Made by a program: the position numbers and the translations under genes. Positions 12,626-26,690 of a stretch of 64,000 nucleotides of DNA are shown here, in pieces. This DNA comes from Paragordius varius (lineage: Eukaryota; Animalia; Nematomorpha), in NCBI GenBank assembly GCA_964247055.1, contig OZ176051.1:6448001-6512000 (forward strand), written 5' to 3'. Each line of letters opens with the position of its first letter. The stretch's first letter is position 1. The notes below the pieces were generated by a model, which saw only the letters and a list, made by a program, of their open reading frames with translations, was not told the DNA's origin and made no database searches.

Positions 12626-15600
12626 ATGAGAAATTATATAATGCTAAAACGCATGCTTTTCAAAAGGATTGGTGTAAGAACTTTCTTGTCAGAGGCATAT
12701 CAGTGTAAAGAAGCATGGCATAGCAGACTTTTATCCCCAATACTGAAACATATTAAAATGGGTTAAAGTTACATTTATTTTTTAGACGATTATGCTTTTC
12801 AAATTATGCAAAAATACGAAAAATATAAATTTATCCACCGAATCGAAATCGATATAGTATTGTTTTTTAACATTTTATAGTATATAAACAAATTTACAAC
12901 AGATGAACATGCTGATAATATTAAAATATTGCTAGAAAAGTATTTTTTATTATAATTTAGGTTTCATACAACCAAATATTCCCAATCGTTGTTCGATTCG
13001 TCAAGTGCAGCAATTTTAAAATTATTTTTTCAAAAACAAAGATACGATGAATTGTTTCAAATTTTGCGTCAGCCTGTATTAGATTATTTTTATTTTAGGT
13101 TAATTTTGGTGTTTTTATTGACAACTTTACAGCCAACATCTTTATGGATACATTTCTCAAACAACAACGTTTCGACCGTAAAATTTGTTGCTTATTTTTT
13201 AGTCGCTTCGAAAATAGCATCGCAATTAATGCTCCAGGAATCCATTTATAATGTCAAATCACCCTACATTCCTAAAGATCCTATAAAGAAAAACCCGCTA
13301 AATATCAATATAGAAGAACCAATATATAGCCCCATTACTCCATATCTAGCAATGCATTCATGTTTAATGAACTTTACTAACGGTAAAAAAGCATCAGATT
13401 CCCCTGATCCTAACATTGAAAATAGCGACACAAACTCTAACGAGGAGCAAGTATAATATTTTTTACTTCTAGCTGTTTTTATAGTTAAAGGGAAATATTT
13501 ACTAATATCATGTTATTATTAAATAAATATATTGGCAAAAATAATATAAGAAAATATAAAATAAAAAGTTAAAATATCAACTTTTTCCAAAAATAATATA
13601 TAATTACATAATACTTAGAAACCATTACTCATGCTTTTATATGCCATTATATTCACAGTTTTAAATTACTATTAAGGATAATGATTATAGAAATTTGTTT
13701 TATTTTTCTTTTACTATGCTATTTTTTTGTTTAATCTTACCCAATTATAAATCGACATTTTATATTTAAAATTTAACATGAAAGTTACGAATTTTTTTTG
13801 CATTTTTTACTTATATGCACTTTGGAAAAAATGAATTATCCCTTAAAAATTAGAAATGATAATTTCATTATAACTGGCACACATTGTATAGCTGTATGTT
13901 CGAGTTCCCTACCTCAAACCATACTATTTTGATGATCATTTTGATATACTCAGTTTGGATAATGTGATGCAGCCTGAAAATTTATTGTTGGGAAAAACAC
14001 TGAGCTATGTTAGCGATTTGACTGTTAACCAAGATTGCTTTAATAACATAATTGGTATTATTTTTTTCAACTTATTTATTTTAATTTAACAATTTACATT
14101 AAATGACACATAATTTTTTGTTGATGATCATAGGTCGAAGTGCGCATCTCTTGGGGTTAGGTTTATGGCGTAAATTTGATAAAGCCTGTACTCTTTTAGA
14201 GGCATATGTTCAGGAAGATTCTGAACCCGCAATTACTAAAGATTCGGTTTGTAATTGAAAAAAATATATTATTTTATAATATTGCAATTATAATTCAGCT
14301 AAATTTATATGAATTTATTGGGGTTATTTTTCGATTACTACTGGTAATCTTTTTCAAACGTAAAAATAAAATTAAAATATAAACTAAAATTTAAAGTATA
14401 AAGCAAAAAGATTTAATGAGGTATAAAACTCTTGTGGCATTTTTGCATTTACCATAGAAATATAAATAAGAATTGTGCTAATAAATAAATTTGTGATAAT
14501 TTAAAAAATATATTATTTTTTCTAAACTGAAGTAAAACTAAAATTAGAATTTACAGGTTCCGAAACCATTGGTATTGTATATCTTCGGTTTATTTCCTTT
14601 TATTTTATAAGTTATATAATATTGTTTTTCACATCGTAATATACCGGATGTGTAAAAAAATGTAGCCTTTTTGTTAAGATTTTAACCAATAAAAATTGCG
14701 TTTTTAAATAAATATCATACAAAATTATTGTTTTTTTTATTTAAAAGAATAAGCTATAAAATTCTCACCTTGAATATATTTTCAGACATTTCTAAATTAG
14801 CTCATATCATTAATTTTAAAGCTATTTTATTTTTTTTTATACCTTACAGGCTGAATTTTTTATCCAACAATTCGATGCATACCGAACTGAAGTGACACAA
14901 ATTATGGAATATGAAAAGATGCAAGCCTCTAAGCCAAAAAGACATTTACCCCTTTTCGATTTTGATCAACCGCCACCCTTTAAAGTACCGTATGATTTGG
15001 ATGCCCTTCAAAAATCTTGTGAAGTATGGTTAATTTAAAACTTTAATCTTTTTTTCACATCTGAAATTTTAGTTTTAAACTTTCTTTTGAGTCTTTATAA
15101 TTAATCTGTCTATATTCGTTTGCCTATTTTTTACGTTTTAATAGTGGAAAACTTAAATAGAAAAGTGAAATTTCAAAAACAGCTTGTAATTGATTTCATT
15201 GTTTATTCGTAACATATATTTATATTGACTTGTATTTAAAGAGTTTTAGAGTAAATTTGGGAAATATAAAAATTAAAAATTTATTATATTTAATCTATCA
15301 AATAAATTTACCTCTGCTCTTTATAAAAACATAATGTATTATTTAATTTTTTTATAATATATTTTAATTTGCAGAAACAATCTGCCATATGAATAATTAA
15401 TTCATAACTAAACCATTGTCATTTCGAAAATAATTTGATCTTAAATTAAATTAACGAAATAATCTTTATAATACATTATGATGTTAAAGCATTCAGCTTT
15501 AAAAATAATCATTTTCATATTACTTGATTAATTTTTTTTTAAACGTGATGAATGTATACTACGTTGAAAGCCTTTCTTCCAAAGATTTTAATATTATTTT

Positions 15601-16888
15601 GATTTAGAAGCACAAAAATATTTTAATCTGAATAAATTTAACATGGACCTTATAGATGTTTCATATAAGCTAAGCATTATTTTACGGATGATTTGTTTAT
15701 TATATAATTTACCAAAATATTCCTATCTAAATACATGTTTAATTAAGTCAGAAGGCCGCGAATAAAAAAGACAAAAAATGTGAAAAAAATGTTTCCCATA
15801 AATAAACCAAATTATTTGTTTGCTTCACTAAGTTTTAATTTCATTGATATTTTTTTCTATAAAAAAGGTAAAAAAATTGCAAAATTCGATTTTTTAGAAA
15901 TCAATAATCCCATATATATATATATATATATATATATATCTATATGTATGTATGATAAAATTAATATAAATATAGTTAAAATACTTTTAAAAAAATAATA
16001 ATGTTAAATACACTTCTTTACGATCATAACACTTTTTTTAATAGACAAACATTTTGTTCTAAAAATATTTCTATCTCCAATAAGATTTTAGATTTTTTTA
16101 AAAAAATAAAATATATTTTACATAAAGTAGGCATTTTGGTTTGATTAATAATATATATTTTAATAGAGATAGATACTTTTTTTACATTAATCAATATATA
16201 AAGATTTGCGCCTAATAAAAAATCCAATAATATTATTTAAATAATAATTTTAAAATTATGACTTATATAACAAATTAATATTATCAGAAGATGCTTAATT
16301 AGTGTGATTTATTCTACATGATATATTTTTTTATACATGCAATAACAACATTACGCAAGTATAAATAATTTATTAATCAACGAAACATATATCTTAAGAA
16401 AATTTTATACATACTTTGCTTTAGGATAGCATTAAAAAGTTGCATACACAAAACAAGGTTTCTGACCTATCTTCCCTCCTAGATTTATCAGCCAAAAAGA
16501 CACAAGCCAAAGTTCAACGTTATGAACAAAGCGATATAGAAGCACAACAAAAATTATTTTTGCAATGGAACAAGGAACGATTAATTAATTTGGAGGAAAA
16601 AGTATCTGTGTTTTCTTGCAACATGAAATCTCTAATTTTTTTTCTCACTATATATATATTCTTTCTTTTTAGGCTATGGATGCGTTTAAGCAACGCAAAC
16701 TCAAAGAAATTTCCAAGCAAAAAGCCAAATTAGATCAAGAGGAAATGCGACTGACATTTTTTGATCGTGAAAAGGAGTTAGAAATAACCTTAGACAAGGC
16801 ACAAAGGGTCCGAGATTTACTTTATGCCAAAAAAATGAAAGGACTCACCTCACCTTTTAGATCATCCTTTGAATATATGAAAGAATGA
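12626..16888 (+). CDS. MRPS27: Mitochondrial ribosomal protein S27 (PPR protein), 11 exons, 516 aa
   Basis: Exons 12626-12761, 12786-12856, 12881-12939, 12961-13075, 13099-13177, 13203-13450, 13892-14054, 14134-14246, 14850-15023, 16425-16601, 16673-16888 sum to 1551 nt in frame. Basic presequence MRNYIMLKRMLFKRIGVRTFLSEAY; motifs VNFGVFIDNFTANIFMDTFLK ([21 protein letters not shown]), YFDDHFDI...LLGKTL, GRSAHLLGLGLW, and C-terminal LTFFDREKELEI as in invertebrate mS27. Confidence 0.9.
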
Positions 16889-17425
16889 AAATGGTGTGTG
16901 TTTTATACTACTTTTTTACAAATTATAATAAATATAGATTAAATTTTATCATTTAATTTTACTTTAGGTAACATTCTGTTTTTAAATACTTAAAATTTTA
17001 TATATTCATTAATTTAAAGGGCCTCCTTCCTTTTTGGTAATATCGAAAATATATTCATTAGAATAATTCGACAAAATTATATATATACATATTTATTAAT
17101 GTTAGCAATAAGGTTAAGAAGCTTGATAAAATCTATTTAAAAATAACCATGTTATACCATCATTTGTTAAAATATTTGTTTCATCATAGGGTCACATAAA
17201 TTTCATCCAATTGGCAATATAGCGCACGGTACATAAGAACAAATGGTAGAATTAAACAATTTCTTTCTATCCTATAACATCAAATTTGTTTATTCTCTAT
17301 GATAAAAAATTGTTTAATCATACGCTACTTATTGTATTACCTCTTGGTCAATATAAATGCGCATACTCTAAAATATGGTAAGGCTTAACTATCTCTGTAT
17401 ATTTGGTTTCCTATTCGTTACTTCA

Positions 17426-20400
17426 TTATAAATCTTGTGGAGTTGTATCACATTGGAGATGAAATTTTTTTGTGATTGGTATTGTAAAGTCGGGTGATAA
17501 CATAGTTTTTCCGCTTTCTTTCTCGGAGGAAAAGGAAGCCCCTATGTTTGTAAAAATTACATTCTCTTGTCCCGGTTTTATTAAAAGTCTTTTTTTGTCC
17601 TCCTTCGTAACCATGTTTGCATTATTGTTGTTTCGATTAACTATGGTGAGCGTTTTCATGTGATTATCCACCATATCATCTTGATTATCGAGTAAGCTGT
17701 TGTTTTGGTTTTGAGAATTTTCATTGAAAACAACCCTAGTTGTCATTGTTTCTCTCCGAACTACTGATGCTTTATGAACGCCTGAATTAAACATGACCGT
17801 AGGCTCACGTTCTAAGTTGGTTGGATTATACCCTAGAAGCGAACAACACGACATTCCTTGGAGACAGAGACAGAATCGAGATTGGAGAAGGGCCGGAGGT
17901 ATGATTGCGATACCGCACTTTACAAACGGTTCAATGAAAATGCGACGGAAGGCTTGGCGAAACGATGAATTGAAATAAAGGTAAACGGCCACGTGGAGCC
18001 AATGATCTGTCATTATTAACATGTTGTGCACGTGTTCAACTATAAAACTTATTTTTATCTCCTGAAATGCAATCTCAAGTATAGTCATCACATAAAATGG
18101 GATCGAACATATGGTATATAAAATGAGGATAATAACGACCATTTTGATGGCTCTTTGGTTACGTTTAAGGGATGAACTTGATAAAACTTTTTTTCGTTTT
18201 GAATCTGACTGTTGTTGACTTTGCGATTGCCGATGGTGTTTATAATTTTCCATGGTGTAGGAAGCATTAATAGTATCTGGTTTTGTCGGAGATTTTAATT
18301 GCACTACCAGAGGTGACTTTTGAGTTGTAATGTTGTTGTCACCCTTTTGGATAATTGATGCTCTTAGCTTCTTGAACCCGCCAATCCCATTTTTGTTGCC
18401 AGATGGATGCTGTTTTAGCGCTATTTTATTAGTAGTATCAGATAAAGTTGATTGCTTTATTTGTTTATTCCAAGCATCCTTATTTGAGTTACATTCTTCA
18501 TCTAAATCAGTTTCTTTAACTATTGCTGTAGTTGTGCTCATATCATCATACTTTATATTGTTTTCGCCATGTAAGTTTGTTGGTTGTTTATGATGTTCTA
18601 ACAAAGATGGAGTCAACGAGAATCTAGCTCCATTCAATAGTTTCCGATTTTTGGCTTGCTTAAATCGCCATTTAGTTTGATGATTTGCCATTTTAACGCT
18701 AAAATTTTTGATGAATAAATTGCTCTCGTTTTCCATCATCTTATTGAGGATTGGGCTACTTGCGCTGGCATTTTTTAGGCCTGTTTTTGTTTTCCCACCA
18801 CTCCAAAGCCGAATAATGATGATGGAATAAAGCACGCAACATGTAAGGACGGGAAAACCGCACCCAATCGAAATTTGGAGGGATATCATGAGGAGATTTT
18901 CAAACTTTGTGAATTGGCAAAACATACGGGATTGATGGTTAAATACGTGTTCAGTTTTACGCGTTTGCAGCAGCACAATAGAAGGGGTAGCCGCTAAGAT
19001 TGAACATAACCATATCAGGCCAATAGCTATTTGCGTTTGATATTGGGTGAAACCTTTTTTGAAGGGCGTAACAATCGCCCTAAAACGGTCAATAGCTATC
19101 CCCAGTTGTGAATAGGCACAACAATACCCCGTTAAATTGTTAAAGAAAGTTACGGCTATGTAGTAATTGCATCGGATGTATGGGTTGAAATCATTACCGA
19201 AAAATGTGATTGTCACAAACAGTGGTACCATACATGCCCCTAAAAAATTAATATGAATCATTAAATATGAATAATTTATATTAATGTTTCATTTTTATAG
19301 TTTAATAATATATGCATTTTCATGCATATACTATGGCGTCGTAAATATTAATTGGAAAAAATAGAAATCAATAAATAATTATCATATCATTATATCTATA
19401 AAACACTCACTTAAAGGTTGTAGCTGTCAAAAAAAGAAATTTAAGTTTAACTTAAAAAATTATCTTTATGATTGATGAATGCACTCCGATTTCTTTGAAA
19501 TATTTCGTAAAAAAATAGATATTTCAATTTTGTTAAATATATTTAAAATTATTTAACACGGATGCATATTTATCAAATAAACTCTATATGTTAGTTATAA
19601 ATATAAATTTCTCAAACCCTAATTTTTAGATGTAATAAGGATATTTAGAATTTAAATAAATATGATCGGCGAATTCGTAACTCAAATACAAAGAGCCATT
19701 TTAAAGTGTTTACACTCTTCCCAGAAAGATTTCTTCGGGTTTTAAATTGTATTGTATTGATTAAGTAAAACAAATGTCGAAAAATATGAAATTTATTTAA
19801 CAATTCGATTTTATATGAAATGCCGCACTCTTTGGTCCCACACACAAAATAAAATCTATCCATAATCAGTTGATAAAAAGACAAAATTTAAATGCCTATA
19901 TAAATTGTGTTTTTTCCAAAGTTTTGCAAATAATACTTGGAAAAAATATAAAGTAAGGAAATAATTTTTCAAAAAAAATATTGTGTTAATCTTTTTACCA
20001 AAAAATTATATGCATATATGTATAAAGTCAACAACAATAACCTCTAAGTAAATACGAGACACCTAACGACATTAAAAATTTGGATCCATTAGAATGTTGG
20101 ATATGTCTGATAGATGACGCTCTTTGCCTTATCAGTGTTGTAAGACGGTGAAAAGAATTTGCTCTCGATTTCAAATTAAGTATGCCCCCATTTCCATTGC
20201 TATAATTTGAGGGCGCTAAAATATTAACTGCAATGTTTGTGGTGGTATTTAAAGCCAGAGGCCATAAACTCAATCGTTTGTAACTGTATTTAAAAGCGGT
20301 ATTTACTCGTTTCTGTATGTTATTTGTAATGGAATATCTCCCCAAACCCGATACACTGCTGGCTGAGGAGGGGACATTCAAAAATAATTTACGCTCTGTG

Positions 20401-20534
20401 AATGGGTCTGCACTAATCATGATTACCAACAAGACTGTATTCAAGTAAGTTATGAGGATACATACAAGGCAATATCCAACAACTATACAATAATAAGTTA
20501 GATTATCAAGGTAAAATCCTGTCACGAATTTCAT
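17426..20534 (-). CDS. Class A (rhodopsin-like) GPCR, peptide-receptor-like, 2 exons (20534-20042, 19239-17426), about 768 aa
   Basis: TM1 (YLNTVLLV), TM2 (FLMSLGVSYLLRG|ACMVP across a phase-1 GT-AG intron), TM3 with C3.25 and AIDRFRAIV, TM4 W..S...A.P, TM5 FP......Y, TM6 YTICSIPF, TM7/H8 VYLYFNSSFRQAF. Confidence 0.9.
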
Positions 20535-23500
20535 TTTATAGCCATGAATAACATATCAAAGTTTGGATTTAAATTCATCCATCCATCATAAAAAAATGGG
20601 GGAGAAATGTATCATAAAATGATCTCATCGGCATAAAAGAGACTTAAATAAGTTATATCAGAAGAAGAGCGTTTTTTAGGAATATAGAGTAATAAATAAA
20701 TAATGAGCTAATTGTTAATTTTTTTCTCGAAATATATCTTCTAATGAAAAAAAAACATATATTTCATTTTCCAAATATGATGGATGTTAAATACGTCAAT
20801 ATCAATCGCTTATAAAAATGTAAAAAAGTAGTAATTAAATTTTCAATAGTATCCATATATACTAAAATACATTTAAATAATTAATTATTCCATCCTTCCC
20901 TGTATGTATGATATACAATAAAATAAAATCAATATTTTATAATTATCAATTATGAAACTTTTTCCTTTTTAACTAAATTATAAATAGACCCATTACTTTT
21001 ATATTTTTTAATTGGGCCACGCATAAATTTTTATTTATTTTTTGATTTTATTTTTTCATAAAAAATATATTATAATTTTTAAATCAAGGAAGATATTATA
21101 TTCAAAATTTTTAACAATATTTTTTTAATTAGATATATTAGGATATTTTAACTTTTTTTGGTTTTTAGTAAAAGAGCAATACATACATATACTTATAATT
21201 TTCAACACAATGTTAATTTAAACAAGGATTACTCATAAATTATAAATTATGGTATATATAATATATATGAGATTTTTTGATTTTGAGACTTAAGACTGTG
21301 GTTTTGTTTTATATAATATATAGAAGATTAAATTATTATCCATTATTTTAGAGCACATATTACCAAAAAAAGAAATCGATTTTTATTTATAGATATACAT
21401 TTATTAGTGTGACTTAAACCAAATATTTAGATGGAATAATATATATATTAGATTTTGTTACATACATTTTTTTGAAGTATGTACGAAATTATAAAAAATA
21501 TTGGAAATTTTTTTATAGAATCGTTAAAAAAAGTTAATGTAATATTGAGTTTATTTAGCAATTTTTAATCTCATTTATGTAAAACTAATTTCCTGTCAAA
21601 ATTAAACCATTTATTTTGTATGACACTTGCCGAAACATAACAAAATAGATATGGAAATATTCCCATTCAAACAAAACATAAAATAATAGTTTTAATCAAG
21701 GATTAGTTAGCATCATATTAAAAAATATTAAGTTTTGGTATCAGAAAACTATGATTGTTTAAATTCAAAAAAATCTAACGTGTTTGGAAAAATTCCAATT
21801 ATTATCATCCCAAACAAAAAACGCTTATTTCGACATCTGAATAACAATTAAACAATGAAACAGCAATTATTTCTGATTTAAAAATTAAGGATCATGGCAA
21901 TTTTAATTAGATACCAGATATGTAACGTATGAAAACGGAACAAAAATAAAAGATTTATAGTTTAAAATTTAAAGAATTAGAAACTTTATATTATCATACA
22001 TACTAAGAATTTTATGAAAGGTGTAATAGGGGTTTGAGCCCAAAAATCTTCATTGATAAAAATTGGGTTATTTAATCGTATTATGTAGCAAAAGTTATTG
22101 AACATTTCATGACCTTATGGGGTAGTTTTATCCATAGCGATTTGAAATTTAAATATCATAAATAATGATTATTAGGCCGAAATCAAAGGTATGCTTTCTT
22201 TAGCATAGTTGTATAATACAAAAAAATGTAAATTGTAAAAAAATTCTCATCTCAATTTTTTTCACCGCCATTTTTTTTCTTGAAATTTTTTTTGAATCGT
22301 TTAATCAACACGCAAATAAATGTATATTATGGTTAAAAAGTGTAAATAATTAACTTAGCAAGCTTTCAGGTTGCAATTTAGCAAAAATTTGATATTTGAA
22401 TAATCAGTTGTTTGTTTCGTGTTATGGAGCTGTCCCAATTTTAGACTCTGAAGTAAAAATCTGTAAATATAAACCCTTTTATCTAATACATGAGAACAAT
22501 GTTTGATAATTAAATTTTAACCAATAACTTTCAAAAGTATATATTTACAAAATTGAACTCTGGGATATAAAACTATCCCAAAGGGTAAACTAGGACAAAA
22601 AAGTGAAAAGATTATGAAGTGTTCACTGTTAGTCTTTCGATCAATTATCGATAAACAATTTTTATCCAACAAATATCTTATCATACTAGAGTGTTTGATA
22701 AGTGGTATATAATAGTTTGAAAACTAGTTTTTATCCAAAAATAGCGACATTTTTAGGTTAAAGTTTGGTGTGAGTACTAAATTATTTAAATACCAATTTT
22801 ATAAGTTTAAAACAAATTATAATCTTTACAAATAGGTATATAAGGCTTAAAGAAAATTATGGAAAAAATCTGTAACATACGATACAGCATATTATCAAAT
22901 GACCAAGAATATGTGAATTTGATCACATTAATGAATATACTGTATTTTTCTTAAGGTTCAAACAAAAAACAACTATCAATTAAATTTTGGGGTGCAAAAA
23001 ACATTTTTACGGAAAATGGCGAGTCCTTTTCCTCATAACGTTTTAATTTTTGTGCGCATTGTGTCATTAAAAGAATCTGATTATTTGGCAGTTTACCCGC
23101 AAAAAGCGTTCAAACAAATGGCAGTTATATTTTTTTTATTATGTTATAAAAATCTAATAAAATATTAAAAGTGCCCATATATTTTTTTAATTCAAAAGTG
23201 CTGCCCACAAAGCCATTCTTGATCAAGTGATACATTGGATTATAAAAACATCAATGTCCCTTTTGTTATTGCCAAAAAAACAATGATTAAAGAAACGATA
23301 TATGTTTAAGATAATTATAGATTAATTTAAAACGAAAGGGTGGTCATGTTAACCCACATTCGTAAAAATAGTAAATAAATAGTTCAAATATAAAAGTTTT
23401 TTATTCTCTAAAGATACGCTTAAACATTGATCCCAAAATATGAAACAAGATTTATTTAAATTTTTGATTATTATTTTTATAGTTTAACTCGAAGGCAAAA

Positions 23501-24635
23501 ATTTAGACAACTAAGGGTTAATTTAGCCATCATAAGCTTATTTACCGCTTTCAGGCTATTAGTAAATATATTATAAGAAAATCAAATGGATTTAGCCTTA
23601 AAGTATATCAAAAACAGTAAATTTTAGGTAGAATTAACTAAAAAATTTACAGAGAAGAAGCGCAGTTTTAAACTATGTTTTAAATTAAATCTAATTAACT
23701 GAAAGTTTAAAAAATTAATTTTACAATTTTAGCTAGAAAACGCCGCTAATTTAATTAAAATTATGCTTTTCTCTAGCTAAATAAAGATTATTTAGAGTAA
23801 ATTTATTAACAATTTTATAGATAAGGACATTGAGCACGATAACTACTAAAATTATCATGGGTTTATAAATTATTTATCAATCTGATAGAGTTATTTTATT
23901 TAACGAAAACAATTTTTTCTTATAAAAATTAGGATTGATAAATAATTCACATTAAATTTATTTATTATAAGTCAAAGCTTTATTACGTTCACAATGTAAT
24001 AAATTTCATTATTGCAGGTTAAAGTCCTTTATCCAAAGAGAAATTTTCAAAGAATTATATTTTACACTAAAACAAAAACTAAAAAACGATTAAATATTAT
24101 TCATATTGATAGTCTAAAAAATTTTTATGTGGACTATTTTCATGATGTGTGAATTACCTTTTATTGATCATTTTTGTAAAGATTATTTTAATTAAAATAT
24201 ATCAGGATATTAAAATTATTAGCTTGTTATTTATATATTAAAATGCAATATTTTATGTTTTTACTCTATTAGTTAACTGTTGACTAAATTGCTTTTTAAT
24301 TCTAGTTTAAAGGTACTTCCAATGTCCATAGTAAAAAATAAAATTACATAAATATTTTTAGCCTGAATTCAATTCAAAGCTATTAAATCCTTGACGGTAA
24401 GGACTTAAGTATTCAGACATACTTTTTAAATGGCAATTTGGCTCAGCAATTTATTTTTTAGCAATGTAATTATTGTGAAGCAAATTGGGAACATTATGAA
24501 AAACACTATTATCTGCTAATGCTAAACGTACCTCCTAAATTTATCAAAACCGTTCGTATTTAATTTTAAGTTAGATATAAAAAATTAAATTTGCAGCATT
24601 TTAATCAACATGCTAAAATGATCAAAATGTTTAGC

Positions 24636-24900
24636 ACAGGTGTGTCCAACACAAATGGCATCGAGAGCTTAAAAAATGGGGGACTGCATTTGAAATATAT
24701 ATGGCATGAAAAATTTATTAAGATTTCAAACGTAAGAATGTAAAATTAAAGCACAATATAACATTTTCCTTTATCCAATTAACTAGATTTATTAAGAAAA
24801 ATTGGTTAAGAAATTTTAATTTTAGTAAGATTTTGTGGTCTCAGAGGGCCGCCCTCAAACCGCGTATTCCACTGATTTAGCATGATTTACTTTGAAAGAT
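24636..24900. repeat. Short hAT-like MITE fragment; related copy at about 25672-25780
   Basis: CAGGTGTGTCCAAC / CAGGGGTATCCAAC terminal motif followed by a shared block GACTGCATT.GAAATATATATGG...CACAATATAAC. Confidence 0.4.
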
Positions 24901-25499
24901 GTTCTTACAAAATATTGTGCTTATCAACCATGCGTCTAAATACTATAAATCGCGCTCCAATTTGACATTTCATTTCTAAGCAAAGAATTTTCTTTTTAAA
25001 ATAATATTATTTTGTAAATATGCGTGACTTTTATTTAATTGAGCCTCTTATTGATATCTGAATGAAGCAGTTTTAGACACAAACTACGCCAATAATTAAC
25101 CAACTTTAGGAAAATCACTCAATTGCTTTAATAGTCCAATATACCCCTTTTATATATATGTGAGTATAAATTAAAGTTTGCAGTTTTTGTTTTTAAAAAC
25201 CCCAAGCTGATGTGACTATTCTTCTTATCAAAAATTAACCGCTCTAAAACTGTGGAAGGATAATCCAGATATAAAACCTGATTTTCATGCAAATATTAAT
25301 ATAATATAATCATACACATGAACTCTGAAAGACAATAATATAGAACACTAGTTTTTATAGAAAGTTTAAAATTTAAAGCTTCCATGTTTTCAACCCAAAG
25401 TCAATATAATTTAAATAAATAACATAGGCTTTAGTTGATGATTCAAGTCGTTAAAGCATACCAAATATTCTAATACATAATGATAATAGACAGTTCAGA

Positions 25500-26690
25500 G
25501 TGTCTTTTTAACATGTTCTATCTATTACCACATGTGAAACATGGTTTCGAAATAAATTTGTGATTTCATGTGAAAGAAAGCGGGCGATTGGTAGCCGCAC
25601 AACTGAGAAGTCGCTAAAGTGAAGAGTTATTGAATGTTGATTCAACTCAAATTTAGCAATCGGAAGCATTATCAGGGGTATCCAACATAAATGGTTTGCG
25701 AACTGCATTCGAAATATATATGGGCATAAATGTTTTATGACAAACAACTGTAAAATGCAAACACAATATAACTTTTAATTCGTGGTAACTGGATAGACTA
25801 ATTCGGAAAATATGTAGAAATATCATTTTTTCAATATTAGCTCATTCTTGCAAATTATGAATTTCCAAATCAGACGTGAACCGCACATCTCGGGTAGCCA
25901 CCTGAATATCTCAAAAACTATATGAATAGTTGTCTGGTCGTAAAGGCCAAAACCAGCACCATGAGCATCCTAACATTTTCCTATTTTAATATATAAAAAT
26001 AAAGATCAGCAAATTCGGTATCCGCCCAATTTAAATTAACGTCAAATCGAAGTGACTTGTGAAATCCTGCTATCACAAAAAATCATCTTTACATAGAATT
26101 GGCGGATGTGATGAGTAATGACTTTATTTTGGAAATCCAAAGAGGATTAATGGTTTTCATGTCAAGCAATTCTATCGACAATATGGCTAAATGCTTCTGG
26201 AAAAAAGACATGCTCTGTGTCTTGTGAGACCATAGTTGTATGGTTTATTTAAGTCCCGAGTAATCGTTAATATAAACACTGTCGCTAACAAATACCTAGC
26301 TAAAACCATGCATTATTCAAAAAACAACCGAAATGAGTCAGAAAACATGGAAATTGATACATGACAATGCTTCATCTCGCACAGTAAAACTCGTGAAAAA
26401 CACCCTAAAATGCCTTTAATGGGAATAGTTTTCTTCCGTTGATCTCTCCTGACCTGGGGCCAACTAATACAATTTTGCATTTATAAGCACATCCTCGCAG
26501 GGCAGAATTTCAAATTTAACAGGCGTTAGAAAATGAGTTGACAAATGGTTTGTCACAAAAGTCAGTGTTTCTGGCCCAGCATTAATATATTGAGATGAGC
26601 GAATGTGTAGAATGTACAATATATTGAAGAAAATAAATAATTTTTATTTTAAAATTACATATGTCTCCACCGAAAAACTGGTAAAAAGCT
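25500..26690 (+). mobile_element. Decayed mariner (Tc1/mariner) transposase remnant
   Basis: Frame-broken motifs TCETWF...EELLNVDSTQ (HTH region), WKLIHDNAS (second catalytic D), SPDLGPT (YSPDLAPSD), and YIEENK followed by TIR-like sequence. Many stops and frameshifts. Confidence 0.75.

Noticed and set aside
12989-13456. 155 aa single ORF from the track
   Set aside because: It reads through two micro-introns (23 and 25 nt) whose frameshifts cancel; the middle part is the wrong frame of MRPS27.
13451-13472. 22 nt micro-intron in MRPS27
   Set aside because: It leads to an immediate stop; the acceptor at 13891 restores homology.
15780-16227. Short Ile/Lys/Phe-rich ORFs here and at 1904, 34613, 37476, 39004, 47027, 48717, 55683, 56006
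   Set aside because: Low-complexity translations of AT-rich introns, microsatellites or MITEs, with no coding signal.
17472-18593. Plus-strand ORFs at 17472, 17793 and 18330 (also 9352, 16520, 46238 and 62854)
   Set aside because: Antisense shadows of real exons on the opposite strand.
25508-25747. Minus-strand ORF with LCWIP, resembling GPCR TM6 and a possible partner for the 32.8 kb exon
   Set aside because: It is the antisense of the mariner HTH region and a MITE end; no TM3-5 or TM7 nearby.
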